From: a virus
Taxonomy: Duplodnaviria > Caudoviricetes
Virus record (IMG/VR): IMGVR_UViG_3300020042_003490
Location: 1 to 24,193 of that record
Strand: one strand, 5' to 3'
DNA length: 24,193 bases
Part shown: positions 7,753 through 16,249 of the stretch, piece after piece
Numbering within the stretch: position 1 is the first letter of the stretch
Layout: every line of letters starts with the position of its first letter
The notes under the pieces: generated by a model
What the model saw: only the letters and a program-made list of their open reading frames with translations
Told to the model about the DNA's origin: nothing
The model's database searches: none
Position numbers and translations under genes: made by a program

Positions 7753-10700
7753 TATGCTAAAAGTATTTTGTGGGCTACCCCGTTAATTCTTACATCCCAT
7801 GTTCGTGTTTGTGCAGCTGCTGCTACGCTCACTGCCCCTGCAGGATAAGCTACACTACCTGATACAAACTGATTAGAAGCTGTGGCAGTTGCCCCTCGGC
7901 CTAGTATTATGCTAGCATTAAAGTTGCCACTATTAGTGCTCATTCCTATAGATGTGTTATTATCACCTGTAGTATTAAGAAGTAAAGCATTATACCCTAA
8001 AGCTGTGTTATTATCACCTGTAGTATTGCTACCTAAGGCAGCTACACCTATAGCTGTGTTACTAAAACCTATACTGTTACTAACCATAGCACCTGAGCCT
8101 ACAGCTGTATTATCAAAACCTAAATTGTTAGTATATAAAGCACCTGATCCTAAAGCTGTGTTATTATCACCTGTGTTATTAGTTAAAGCAGATGCACCTA
8201 CAGCAGTGTCATTGTTACCTATGATGTTGGAAGCAAGTGCACTATCGCCTATAGCTGTGTTACCACCACCTGTAGTATTACTTCTTAACGCACTTTCGCC
8301 ATAGGTAGTATTGTTAACTATACCTCCTTGACCATTATTCCAAAGTGTTAAATCAATATCATTAGTTTGAACAAATGAAGGGAAGAGCTCTGATGTAGAT
8401 GTGCCATTTATGCTAGCAGTTATTAGGTTATCTGTTACCATTTCATTCTCACTCACTATGTACCCATCACCTACTACCACTGATCTAGTACCACCCACTA
8501 TCACGTTACCTCTACCCATTACCATAGCATTAGCTTGGTTACTGAATACATTAGATGCTAGCATCTTAGTGGTGTTAATAGTGCTCATAGCTAGAGCTTG
8601 CATAGGGCCTATACTTGCAGGAGGAGTAGGGATGATAGGACCGCCTGGCCCCATAAAGGTAAAATTAATCTCGTTATCTATACTGATGAGCTCTACCCTT
8701 GTAAGCTTGCGAGCATTAGCATCATAGTCAATTACCTTGTTAATATTCCACCATGAGTTATCTATTCTAATCTTATCATTGAGCTTAAGAGCTTGGATAT
8801 CATTCTCTTTCAAATCAAAGTTAGCTATCAGCATCTTACCATTGTTAATCTGCCCCATTGTACGCCTCCAATATCTGTTATATAGATTGTTATCTGTTAG
8901 GCTAGTAGGTTGGTAATAGTAGAAGTCACAGATAGCGAAGTTAATATCAAAGCTAGGAGTAAGTGGATCATCAAAGTGTCCCACCAAAGGATAGTCTGTT
9001 AAGTTAGTCATACCTACAGATCCATAGTCATAGATATAGAATTGACCACAGGTTGCTAGGGGTACACCTACAAGTGTCTTATCGTATAGTATCCTTATGT
9101 TTGTCTCAGGTGCTGATCCTGCTATCATAGGCACAAATGCTCCGAATAAAGTTTTAATAACAGGAGTAGGGCTAAAAAGTATAGGCTTAGTGTCTACCTC
9201 CTTAACATACTCATTATCAAAAATTACCTCTGCTTGACCATAGATATCACTAGTAGCATTTGAGTAAGTTACATTGGGTGCATCCTTATCTTCAGCATAA
9301 GTGAGTATAACTTTCTTAGCTGTAATCTCAGGTAAAAAAGATAGCTCTTGTTCCTGGTCCTTAGCAAGTTTCTCAGTCCAGTCTACCTCCACCCCACTAT
9401 CATAGAAGTCATCCCTATTCTGCAGTAGCAGTTTGTTAGGTTGAGTGCTATCTACTGAAGCATATAGGTTAAACATATTGAATATGCCCTTAATGAAGTC
9501 TGACTGCTTAATCTTTTTAGGCACGTAATCATTAACCTCTATAGTTCCACCTATGGCATAGATTGTACTGTTAGGCACTATGCTTATTTGTATAGATGTA
9601 ATCACAGCCTCTATAACTACAGCTGCAGAGTTAGTACCTCCTGTTCTAACTGTTCTCCAATATACTTGAGGTGATGCTTGCCCTGCTAATGGAGGTGATA
9701 CGTTTGCCACACCTAAACTTAAAGTGCCTGATGATAATTGATTAAGCTGTGGATAGGTAAGTGGTAAAGTAGTTTGTGCTGTTTGTGAAATAATAGTGGT
9801 AACACCATTAGGTATGGTTAAAGGGGCTTCCACTGCATTGTTTGCTATGTTGCTACCAGAAGGAGGTGTAGGGTTAGTGTATAGGTTACTAACAATAGGG
9901 CCTAAGCCTGCTGCTTGTAGATTTAATCTAGGCTTGTAGTAGGTAGGGTTAGCTGCTCCCTGACTATCACCTGCATATAAAATACCTCCTGATGTATTGT
10001 TTAACTGAAGGCTATAAGCTATGGTAACACTATAGTCATACTGCTGAGAGTTAGCTGAGCTGATATTGAATGGTGTAGTATATACACCTGTTACAGGATC
10101 AAAGATATTTTGAGGATCTTCTAGCTCAGTCCATCCTGTAAAAGTTTGTGCAGGGTTAATCGCAGTTGTACCTGGTCCAAAGTTTGCCCCTACAAAAGTA
10201 GTAGGAGTTGTAATCTCTGCTTTAACCAAATAGTCATTATAGTCAAAGTTATCTACACCTCCATTGTAAGGGATGATGAGCTTATCAAATCTATCATAGG
10301 CAATGGTAGGCCAATCATAAGTGAAGCCAGCATCAGCGAAAATTCTATCAAAGTATACCTTAGTAAAGATAGCAGGCTTAAATTCCTGAGTGTTGTATAC
10401 TCCTACACTTGAAGATGGTAGAAAATACTTGAAGCCATCCACTACTGTGTTAGTAAATCTAGCCACTACATTGGTAGCATCATAGGTATGGTTGAAATCT
10501 GAGAAGTCAATATCAGTTAATTCCTTGTTAGCTATGGCTGTAAAGAAATCTGCTTTGCTATCCTTAATCAATACCTCATACTCCACGTGCTCCTCATAGC
10601 CATCAGTCATCTGAGCCTTCTTAACTGAGGTAAGCTGAACAGATACATCCTCCATGATAGGTATGCCATCCTGAATAACTGATCCTGTAGTAAGAGCATT

Positions 10701-10907
10701 GATGTTGAACGTGCCCTCAATGATATTCACATCGTAGTAGTGGTTGAGTAGGTTGTTGTTATTCTTACTGCCAGTAAGGGTGATAGTCTTAGAGTAGTTA
10801 CCTTGTCTCTTAGATACATCCCTTATGTCTCCCACTTGAAAGTTCAAGGGGAAGGCTGTGCCCTCCTTAACATCTAAGTAGCCTGTTGCTAATTGTATCC
10901 TTACCAT
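7752..10907 (-). CDS. Large tail tip/baseplate hub protein with a C-terminal adhesin-like beta-roll, 1051 aa
   Basis: N-terminal PLNFQVGDIRDVSKRQGNYSKTITL typical of Bacteroidetes-phage tail proteins; C-terminal NTAxGxxAL repeats. Confidence 0.75.
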   Translation of the reverse strand: MVRIQLATGYLDVKEGTAFPLNFQVGDIRDVSKRQGNYSKTITLTGSKNNNNLLNHYYDVNIIEGTFNINALTTGSVIQDGIPIMEDVSVQLTSVKKAQMTDGYEEHVEYEVLIKDSKADFFTAIANKELTDIDFSDFNHTYDATNVVARFTNTVVDGFKYFLPSSSVGVYNTQEFKPAIFTKVYFDRIFADAGFTYDWPTIAYDRFDKLIIPYNGGVDNFDYNDYLVKAEITTPTTFVGANFGPGTTAINPAQTFTGWTELEDPQNIFDPVTGVYTTPFNISSANSQQYDYSVTIAYSLQLNNTSGGILYAGDSQGAANPTYYKPRLNLQAAGLGPIVSNLYTNPTPPSGSNIANNAVEAPLTIPNGVTTIISQTAQTTLPLTYPQLNQLSSGTLSLGVANVSPPLAGQASPQVYWRTVRTGGTNSAAVVIEAVITSIQISIVPNSTIYAIGGTIEVNDYVPKKIKQSDFIKGIFNMFNLYASVDSTQPNKLLLQNRDDFYDSGVEVDWTEKLAKDQEQELSFLPEITAKKVILTYAEDKDAPNVTYSNATSDIYGQAEVIFDNEYVKEVDTKPILFSPTPVIKTLFGAFVPMIAGSAPETNIRILYDKTLVGVPLATCGQFYIYDYGSVGMTNLTDYPLVGHFDDPLTPSFDINFAICDFYYYQPTSLTDNNLYNRYWRRTMGQINNGKMLIANFDLKENDIQALKLNDKIRIDNSWWNINKVIDYDANARKLTRVELISIDNEINFTFMGPGGPIIPTPPASIGPMQALAMSTINTTKMLASNVFSNQANAMVMGRGNVIVGGTRSVVVGDGYIVSENEMVTDNLITASINGTSTSELFPSFVQTNDIDLTLWNNGQGGIVNNTTYGESALRSNTTGGGNTAIGDSALASNIIGNNDTAVGASALTNNTGDNNTALGSGALYTNNLGFDNTAVGSGAMVSNSIGFSNTAIGVAALGSNTTGDNNTALGYNALLLNTTGDNNTSIGMSTNSGNFNASIILGRGATATASNQFVSGSVAYPAGAVSVAAAAQTRTWDVRINGVAHKILLA
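7930..8312 (-). repeat. About nine 13-14-aa coding repeats (NTA[ILV]GxxAL...N)
   Basis: Visible in the translation, and as recurring TGTGTTATTATCACCTGT DNA blocks near 7953, 8004 and 8157. Confidence 0.85.
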
Positions 10908-10908
10908 C

Positions 10909-12369
10909 TTAAGAGTTTACTATATTGTTGTTAGCTAGCTTAACTACTATGCTCTGCTTAATTAAATTCTTATTCCGTTGCTTAAACTCCTCAAAGCTAG
11001 AAGTGACTATAGTACAGCTTACATACTCAGCACTCTCAGGTGCATCACAGTCAGCATCATAGTTGCTAAGCTTAATGTAAGTGTTAGGGGAGCTGATTAA
11101 CTCAGTGAAGTACATAGCCATTGTTTCATTCATCCAATCAGTGTTAAGTGCTATGGTAGTATCAGTGCTTATGTAAGTGTTAGTCATACCTGTCTCAGTA
11201 GTTTCATACAACCATCTATCTATCCCTAAAGTCTCAACGTATCCTGGTATATCCTTATTAAACTGCTCACGTGTTACGTTACCTGTAGTGTATGCCCTAC
11301 CTGTAAAAGCAAAGCTACCCCATGAGCCCATACGATCTAAGAATAAGATAGAGTGCTCTACTGTTCTTACTCTCCTATCTAAGTTCACCTTGTATTGTTT
11401 TGAGTCTGGAAAGCCATTCCTTTCATAGCGTACTGTATACCATTCAGTAGTAGGCTTAATCATTGGTAGTGCTCCTGATACTACAGATAGTACACCATGA
11501 TTGTTAGGCCCTATAGATATACCACTAACATGATCTACAGCTGTTACGTTCTTTTCAAAAGTATCACCATCACTAGTCTGAAAGAACACTGTATCAGGAG
11601 GAGTAGGTGATCCATTAGCCACAGCATTTACCCATAGATCCTGGGATAAAGTAGCATAGAAATCAGAAGGTGGTAGGTTGGTTAAAAATCTATCTTGAAA
11701 GCTATTGAGCATAAACTCATCATAGTCATACACAGGCCACTCTACCCATCTGATTGCTCCGTTGAATACAAAGTTGTTTAGTGCTGTAATGATATCCCTA
11801 GTTACTGTCTTGCGACCATCTGCAAAAGTGATAGCTCCATTGATAGTTATATCAGTTACAGCTGCAAATGGTGAGCTTACTACTAGGAAGCCTACCCCTA
11901 CAGATAGAACTGTTAAGAGCCCCTCAAGGTTTGGGTTGGCTACACCTAGATCTGCCTGAGTGATATTGATTTGATCCCCTGCCACAAATGTATTAGCTAC
12001 GTTTATCTGCACGTTACCTGCATTGTTAGTTAGGTTAGAAGTATAACTAGTAGTAGTCAAGTACTCCTCCCCTACATGAACATCATACTTGTAGTGGCTA
12101 TTGGTTGCATTGTATGCTGTAGTGTTAGTTAGGTTAAGGTCATAGCTTACCTGAGCCTGTAAGAGCTTCGATAGATCTACCTCACCATAACCAGTGCTAT
12201 ATACAGGCATAACTCTGTACTCTGCTATCTTGTTAGCTGTGCCACTTTCGTAGATGTCAAAGATATACTTAAAACCTTGTAGGTTGTTGTTTGAGCTATC
12301 ATAGATAAACTTGATAGGGTTGTATGCAGGCATCAGAGGTTGTGCCCTTGCTATGTTAATTATTGCCAT
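10909..12369 (-). CDS. Tail structural protein (distal tail/baseplate-like), 486 aa
   Basis: Beta-rich; C-terminal ILFLDRMGSWGSFAF and LNTDWM...ELISSP motifs as in Bacteroidetes-phage tail proteins; first gene of the tail operon. Confidence 0.65.
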   Translation of the reverse strand: MAIINIARAQPLMPAYNPIKFIYDSSNNNLQGFKYIFDIYESGTANKIAEYRVMPVYSTGYGEVDLSKLLQAQVSYDLNLTNTTAYNATNSHYKYDVHVGEEYLTTTSYTSNLTNNAGNVQINVANTFVAGDQINITQADLGVANPNLEGLLTVLSVGVGFLVVSSPFAAVTDITINGAITFADGRKTVTRDIITALNNFVFNGAIRWVEWPVYDYDEFMLNSFQDRFLTNLPPSDFYATLSQDLWVNAVANGSPTPPDTVFFQTSDGDTFEKNVTAVDHVSGISIGPNNHGVLSVVSGALPMIKPTTEWYTVRYERNGFPDSKQYKVNLDRRVRTVEHSILFLDRMGSWGSFAFTGRAYTTGNVTREQFNKDIPGYVETLGIDRWLYETTETGMTNTYISTDTTIALNTDWMNETMAMYFTELISSPNTYIKLSNYDADCDAPESAEYVSCTIVTSSFEEFKQRNKNLIKQSIVVKLANNNIVNS

Positions 12370-12400
12370 ACCTATATTATTTAGATTAGATTATTTGTTT
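12370..12400 (-). promoter_or_regulatory. Putative leaderless late promoter AAACAAAT-N13-TAATATAGGT-ATG
   Basis: Conserved bipartite motif abutting the ATG. Confidence 0.65.
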
Positions 12401-12558
12401 TTGAACTCAGCCATAGCCACAGCATAAGCTTGATCTAGTAGCTGAAGGTGCAGCTGCATCCTATCAGGTCTATTGAATACTATCCTCACTTGCTTACCTG
12501 TCTTATGGTATATGAAGGCTTGCACCACTTGTATCTTATGTAGTATATCAGAATGCAT
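12391..12558 (-). CDS. Hypothetical protein, 55 aa (MHSDILHKIQVVQAFIYHKTGK...)
   Basis: Translated by hand (below the ORF-track cutoff); overlaps the terL stop and fills the gap. Confidence 0.6.
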   Translation of the reverse strand: MHSDILHKIQVVQAFIYHKTGKQVRIVFNRPDRMQLHLQLLDQAYAVAMAEFKNK

Positions 12559-13696
12559 AGTAGCTGTCATCAGTGTAGTACTCCTGCCTTATGTGAGTAG
12601 TGGCGTATCTTATTGCATCCATTGCATCATCAAATAGTTTAACAGGCTCATCAGTTATGAAGTCACCTATCTTCTTCCACTTGTAATTCTCATACTCCCT
12701 CTTAAGTGCTTTGTGATCCTGGCATATTACTCCAAAGGTCTTAAGGTTATCTATCCCTTTTTTAACTACCTTGTTTGCGTTGAGTACATCATACCCTGCT
12801 ATGTTCATCTCTTGTATTATCTCAGGTCTAGAGTGGTCAGCGAGTATACTAACAGTCTGCTCTATGTTTAGAGTAGCTAGTCTTTCAATCAGCATAGTAG
12901 TGGTTAGGTAGCTTTCATATATTACAGGTTCTATGTAGATATCATTATCACAGTAGTATACCCTCATCAAAGCTGTGGGGTGGTTATACCCAAAGTCTAA
13001 GCCATACACATACTTGACAAACCTAGCAGGCCTATGAGCTACAAAGGACCAGTTGCTGTAGATGTTACTCTTGCTTGTTGCCTTCTCACCTAGGGCATAG
13101 ATCTGATACAGTGCCTCATCTGTTCTAGCTAGATCCTCTATCTGTGCCTTGATGCTTTCAGGTAGGAAGGGGTTATCTTTATAGGTGCTCTTTATCTTTA
13201 TGCTCTCCTCAGCAGGTAGCTCATATAACCAGGATGCAGAGTCAGATGGGTTATAGTCAAAGATTAGCTTATCCTCAGTTCGCATATTTAATTGGGTGAA
13301 ATCATCAAAATAAATTTCGTTGGCTTCATTGCACCAGGCTATATCTCTCTTCCTACCCCTTATCTTCTGCTCATCATCTACACTAAAAAACTCTACCATA
13401 GATCCATTAGCAAAGGTGTAAATCTGTTCACTCTTATTGTGTGACTCCTGCTTATACAGCCCTATATCTTTTAGTATCTCTATGAAGTCACGAAGTACTG
13501 TAGCACGTAGAGCAGGGAAGGTCTTGCGTATTACACTCACCACCTTATTGTTATTCTGCAGGCAGTATATGATCATGAGCTGACACAGGCTGTAGGTCTT
13601 AGAGCTCCTGGAACCACCCTCATTAATTATGAACCTCTTATCTCCTAAGATAGCCTCATAGTTCTTCTCAAAGATGACTGTGCTTTTTATCTCCAT
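12548..13696 (-). CDS. terL: Terminase large subunit (PBSX-like), 382 aa
   Basis: Walker A GGSRSSKT, Walker B IAWCNEANE, coupling motif DYNP, nuclease motifs GLDFG and DDAMDAIRY. Confidence 0.95.
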   Translation of the reverse strand: MEIKSTVIFEKNYEAILGDKRFIINEGGSRSSKTYSLCQLMIIYCLQNNNKVVSVIRKTFPALRATVLRDFIEILKDIGLYKQESHNKSEQIYTFANGSMVEFFSVDDEQKIRGRKRDIAWCNEANEIYFDDFTQLNMRTEDKLIFDYNPSDSASWLYELPAEESIKIKSTYKDNPFLPESIKAQIEDLARTDEALYQIYALGEKATSKSNIYSNWSFVAHRPARFVKYVYGLDFGYNHPTALMRVYYCDNDIYIEPVIYESYLTTTMLIERLATLNIEQTVSILADHSRPEIIQEMNIAGYDVLNANKVVKKGIDNLKTFGVICQDHKALKREYENYKWKKIGDFITDEPVKLFDDAMDAIRYATTHIRQEYYTDDSYYAF

Positions 13697-13754
13697 AGCA
13701 AAGCTACCCCCCTCTCAGAGACTATATTGTTATTATTGTTATTATACTATACTA

Positions 13755-14165
13755 CTACTTAACTATAGTAACAGTAATAGCTGATATCTTCTCATCACCA
13801 CTGGTTACATCTGTGTGCTCTTTCAGTGCGTTTATTCTCTGAGTGATGGATGCATTATACTGCCCTACCATTCCACCTTCTATCTGATCCATTCTGATTG
13901 CCTCCTCTATGCGTGAGCAGATTGTCGCATACTCAGAATATCTACTATCAGTATTAGCAAAGTAATCCTGCACACTACACTCTTTATCAGCAGCATAAGT
14001 TCTAAACCCTACCTGAGTTAAAGGCCTCTCTAATGGTATAGCTGTAGCCTCGCCTGTTTTAGTAGATAAGCTATAAGAGTATCTAGGTGATGACTTACAC
14101 CACGTTCTATATCCCTCAAATAGCTCCCACATTTTCTCAGGAGTTTCTATGTGTTTAGGTCTCAT
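13755..14165 (-). CDS. terS: Terminase small subunit (P22 gp3-like), 136 aa
   Basis: RPKHIETPEKMWELF..Y, RPLT..GF and GMVGQYNASITQR motifs; directly upstream of terL. Confidence 0.85.
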   Translation of the reverse strand: MRPKHIETPEKMWELFEGYRTWCKSSPRYSYSLSTKTGEATAIPLERPLTQVGFRTYAADKECSVQDYFANTDSRYSEYATICSRIEEAIRMDQIEGGMVGQYNASITQRINALKEHTDVTSGDEKISAITVTIVK

Positions 14166-14638
14166 CTTCTTATTAGTTTATGGTATAAATACTCACTATC
14201 TTCTGTATGGGTTTCTCCTGTCATTAGTTTACCATCTGCATTTTTGTGAGTAGGTCCAGTCCACAGCTTACCATCTTTAGTGTAGTGGGGTTGCCCTTCT
14301 GCTAGTTTAGTGTTATCTATCTGCTTAAGTTTACGCTGAGCCCACTCTACACCCTCATCACCTCCCCAGGCTAACCACATTAATCTACCACATCCATCAC
14401 CTAGCTCTTTCTGTGAGTTCTCTCTTTGTCTCTCAAAGGATGCCATTCTAGCTATAGTATCTCTACTTAAGGCTTCACCCTTTGCTAACTGATTAGCTCT
14501 AGCTTTACCTACAGCAGTTCCACAGTCACCCCATCCATTCTCCTCAGCCCATCTAAGTGCTATCTTAGCATTCTCAGTAGCAGCTGCAGGATAATCTGTG
14601 TAAGTATTAACGAAAGCTGCTCTATATCTATTTAGCAT
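14162..14638 (-). CDS. Conserved phage head-associated hypothetical protein, 158 aa
   Basis: DYPxAA..NA, CGTxVGKxRANQLA and WxxWGG motifs, plus a C-terminal His-containing duplicated module. Confidence 0.7.
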   Translation of the reverse strand: MLNRYRAAFVNTYTDYPAAATENAKIALRWAEENGWGDCGTAVGKARANQLAKGEALSRDTIARMASFERQRENSQKELGDGCGRLMWLAWGGDEGVEWAQRKLKQIDNTKLAEGQPHYTKDGKLWTGPTHKNADGKLMTGETHTEDSEYLYHKLIRR

Positions 14639-14822
14639 TCTCTTCGTTCTCTACCCCTTTATACTTTACCTTAGGAGTTGACTCCTCAAATAAATAAGAT
14701 AACCCAATAGAGCTATAGTACTTATGCTCCTTAGCCATCTCTTCTGTGACCTCTATAGTTCTCTCATAGTTGCCATTGTAGGTAGTAATGTACTGACCTA
14801 AGTATTCATTCTTTATCTTCAT
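14628..14822 (-). CDS. Hypothetical protein, 64 aa
   Basis: ORF track; overlaps both neighbours in the operon. Confidence 0.7.
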   Translation of the reverse strand: MKIKNEYLGQYITTYNGNYERTIEVTEEMAKEHKYYSSIGLSYLFEESTPKVKYKGVENEENAK

Positions 14823-14970
14823 ACTGTGTTAAAATTAAAAAAGTGTAATATAATGCTATCCATAAACCTGCAGCTCTACTTGCCCACTCATAGTCTAAAC
14901 AAAACAAAGCAAGTCCACAGCTCAGAGCTATTAACAGGCTAAAGATACTAATAACTTGGCTCGGTTTCAT
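14806..14970 (-). CDS. Small two-TM membrane protein, 54 aa (MKPSQVISIFSLLIALSCGLALFCLDYEWASRAAGLWIALYYTFLILTQYEDKE)
   Basis: Translated by hand; start sits on the late promoter motif; two hydrophobic stretches and a charged C-terminus. Confidence 0.65.
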   Translation of the reverse strand: MKPSQVISIFSLLIALSCGLALFCLDYEWASRAAGLWIALYYTFLILTQYEDKE

Positions 14971-15481
14971 ACCTATATTGTAATTTGTTTATGTTTTGTT
15001 TCAATTCTTTAATCAGGTAGTAAGCTGAGGTATGAGTAATACCAAAATAAATAGCCATAGCTCTACTAGTAATGTATCCCTTATCTATGTAAGCCTCAAA
15101 TACTATTAGCTGTATCTTATCTGTTATCTCATTCCTATAGATCTCTATCAAACCTTTGTTAAAAGAGTAGGCTCTATCCTCCCTCAGCTTATGCACCAGG
15201 TCATCATCATCTACAGGCTCAGTGTTTGGGTGCTCAATGGCTGTTATCTTATCATCTCGGTGGCTCTTTGATGTACTCCATAGGATCTGATACTTAATTG
15301 TATTGAGCAGATATCCCTTAACCTTATCAGGATCACCATCTATACTAACTACGTGAAGGTAGGAGTTGTTTATGACTGTATCAGCGTCAATGTAGCTACC
15401 CATCTTAGATAGGAAGTAGGCAGTGTATGCCCTTACCTCACCGTAGTGCAGGCTAATGTACTGATCTAAGGCTTTTTTCAT
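14948..15481 (-). CDS. Phage-encoded ECF-like RNA polymerase sigma factor (177 aa, MKKALDQY...)
   Basis: Region-2-like ADTVINNSYL...KGYLLNTIKYQ and region-4-like HTH TSRAMAIYFGITHTSAYYLIKELK. Start moved from 15613 to 15481 to avoid a long overlap with the upstream gene. Confidence 0.65.
   Translation of the reverse strand: MKKALDQYISLHYGEVRAYTAYFLSKMGSYIDADTVINNSYLHVVSIDGDPDKVKGYLLNTIKYQILWSTSKSHRDDKITAIEHPNTEPVDDDDLVHKLREDRAYSFNKGLIEIYRNEITDKIQLIVFEAYIDKGYITSRAMAIYFGITHTSAYYLIKELKQNINKLQYRYETEPSY
14971..15001 (-). promoter_or_regulatory. Putative leaderless late promoter AAACAAAA-N13-CAATATAGGT-ATG inside the 3' end of the sigma gene
   Basis: Same motif and spacing as the other late elements; heads the packaging operon. 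Confidence 0.6.
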
Positions 15482-15668
15482 ACCACGTTTCAAAGTCCTT
15501 TGACCAAATTCTCCTCCTAACAGAAGCACAAAAGCATTCCCTAGGCTGTCTACCCTCATACTTCTCTTTAATTTTGTAGAGTTTAATACAGCTGTATTTA
15601 GTATACCTATCACTATCAGGCATCTTAGCTATATTATCAATTAGTTCTATCTCAGCTTCTGTAAACAT
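15453..15668 (-). CDS. Hypothetical protein with a CFC motif, 71 aa
   Basis: ORF track; operon context upstream of the sigma gene. Confidence 0.7.
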   Translation of the reverse strand: MFTEAEIELIDNIAKMPDSDRYTKYSCIKLYKIKEKYEGRQPRECFCASVRRRIWSKDFETWYEKSLRSVH

Positions 15669-15895
15669 TCATCAAGTATATAAGCAAGCAGTGCAGCCTG
15701 ACAAGCTAAAATAAAATCAAAGGTACAAATTATAGTAAGCCAAAAAGCCACACATTTAATACAGCTCAGTGCAGAGTGTATATGTATGGCTATTGGGTAC
15801 CTGGTGTTATACTTAAATAAGCTGTTAAAGGTTGCTTGTAGTGGCTCAAAAGTAACAAACCACCAAGCTAAAGGTATCAGGGCTAGTAAAGTCAT
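15647..15895 (-). CDS. Membrane protein with a CxxC..FW motif, 82 aa
   Basis: Hydrophobic segments and SCIKCVAFW. Confidence 0.7.
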   Translation of the reverse strand: MTLLALIPLAWWFVTFEPLQATFNSLFKYNTRYPIAIHIHSALSCIKCVAFWLTIICTFDFILACQAALLAYILDECLQKLR

Positions 15896-15899
15896 GGCC

Positions 15900-15907
15900 C
15901 AAATATA
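15900..15907 (-). promoter_or_regulatory. Host-type -7 box TATATTTG, 4 nt before the ATG at 15895
   Basis: TAnnTTTG match in the intergenic gap; same TTACTATATTTG context as at 17670. Confidence 0.7.
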
Positions 15908-15917
15908 GTAATATTAT

Positions 15918-16151
15918 TTAGAACGGCAAATCATCATCCTGCTCATCAGTTACTACTCTAGCTTCAGGTTTCACATAAGGCTCTTGAAAAGTAGCACTAA
16001 AGTACTTTATACCTGTCTTACTTTCTTTAAGCCATAGAGCCACCTCCATGTCAGCACCGTTTACATTTACCTTACCCTTATAGTCGGGGTGAGTTTCTGC
16101 TGTCTTTTTGTCATTTTTGAAGATAGCACCTGTGTTGTTTTTAGTTTCCAT
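15918..16151 (-). CDS. Small single-stranded DNA-binding protein-like, 77 aa
   Basis: GAIFKND...HPDYKG...VALW OB-fold-like pattern and acidic DDDLPF tail; next to recombination genes. Confidence 0.75.
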   Translation of the reverse strand: METKNNTGAIFKNDKKTAETHPDYKGKVNVNGADMEVALWLKESKTGIKYFSATFQEPYVKPEARVVTDEQDDDLPF

Positions 16152-16153
16152 TG

Positions 16154-16249
16154 TTAATCATTGTTAAAAATTGTTAATAAATAAGCGATTGTGCACCACC
16201 ACCCCCACACCACAGCAGGGGTTAGTAATATTGTTAGTAGGATTATCAT
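16154..16249 (-). CDS. Hydrophobic peptide, 31 aa (MIILLTILLTPAVVWGWWCTIAYLLTIFNND)
   Basis: Translated by hand; ATGA-coupled to the upstream ORF and ends 2 nt before the next ATG. Confidence 0.55.
   Translation of the reverse strand: MIILLTILLTPAVVWGWWCTIAYLLTIFNND

Noticed and set aside
7930-8312. Repeats in the tail gene as a diversity-generating retroelement VR/TR or a CRISPR array
   Set aside because: They are in-frame coding repeats. There is no reverse transcriptase, no separate template copy and no repeat-spacer structure in the window.
5912-11959. Plus-strand ORFs within tail genes (5912, 6728, 7882, 8401, 10146, 11177, 11762)
   Set aside because: Antisense shadows. The repetitive 7882..8304 ORF merely mirrors the tail repeats.
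15482-15613. 44-aa N-terminal extension of the sigma-like ORF given in the track
   Set aside because: It overlaps most of the upstream 71-aa gene. ATG 15481 gives a normal short overlap and a typical ECF size.
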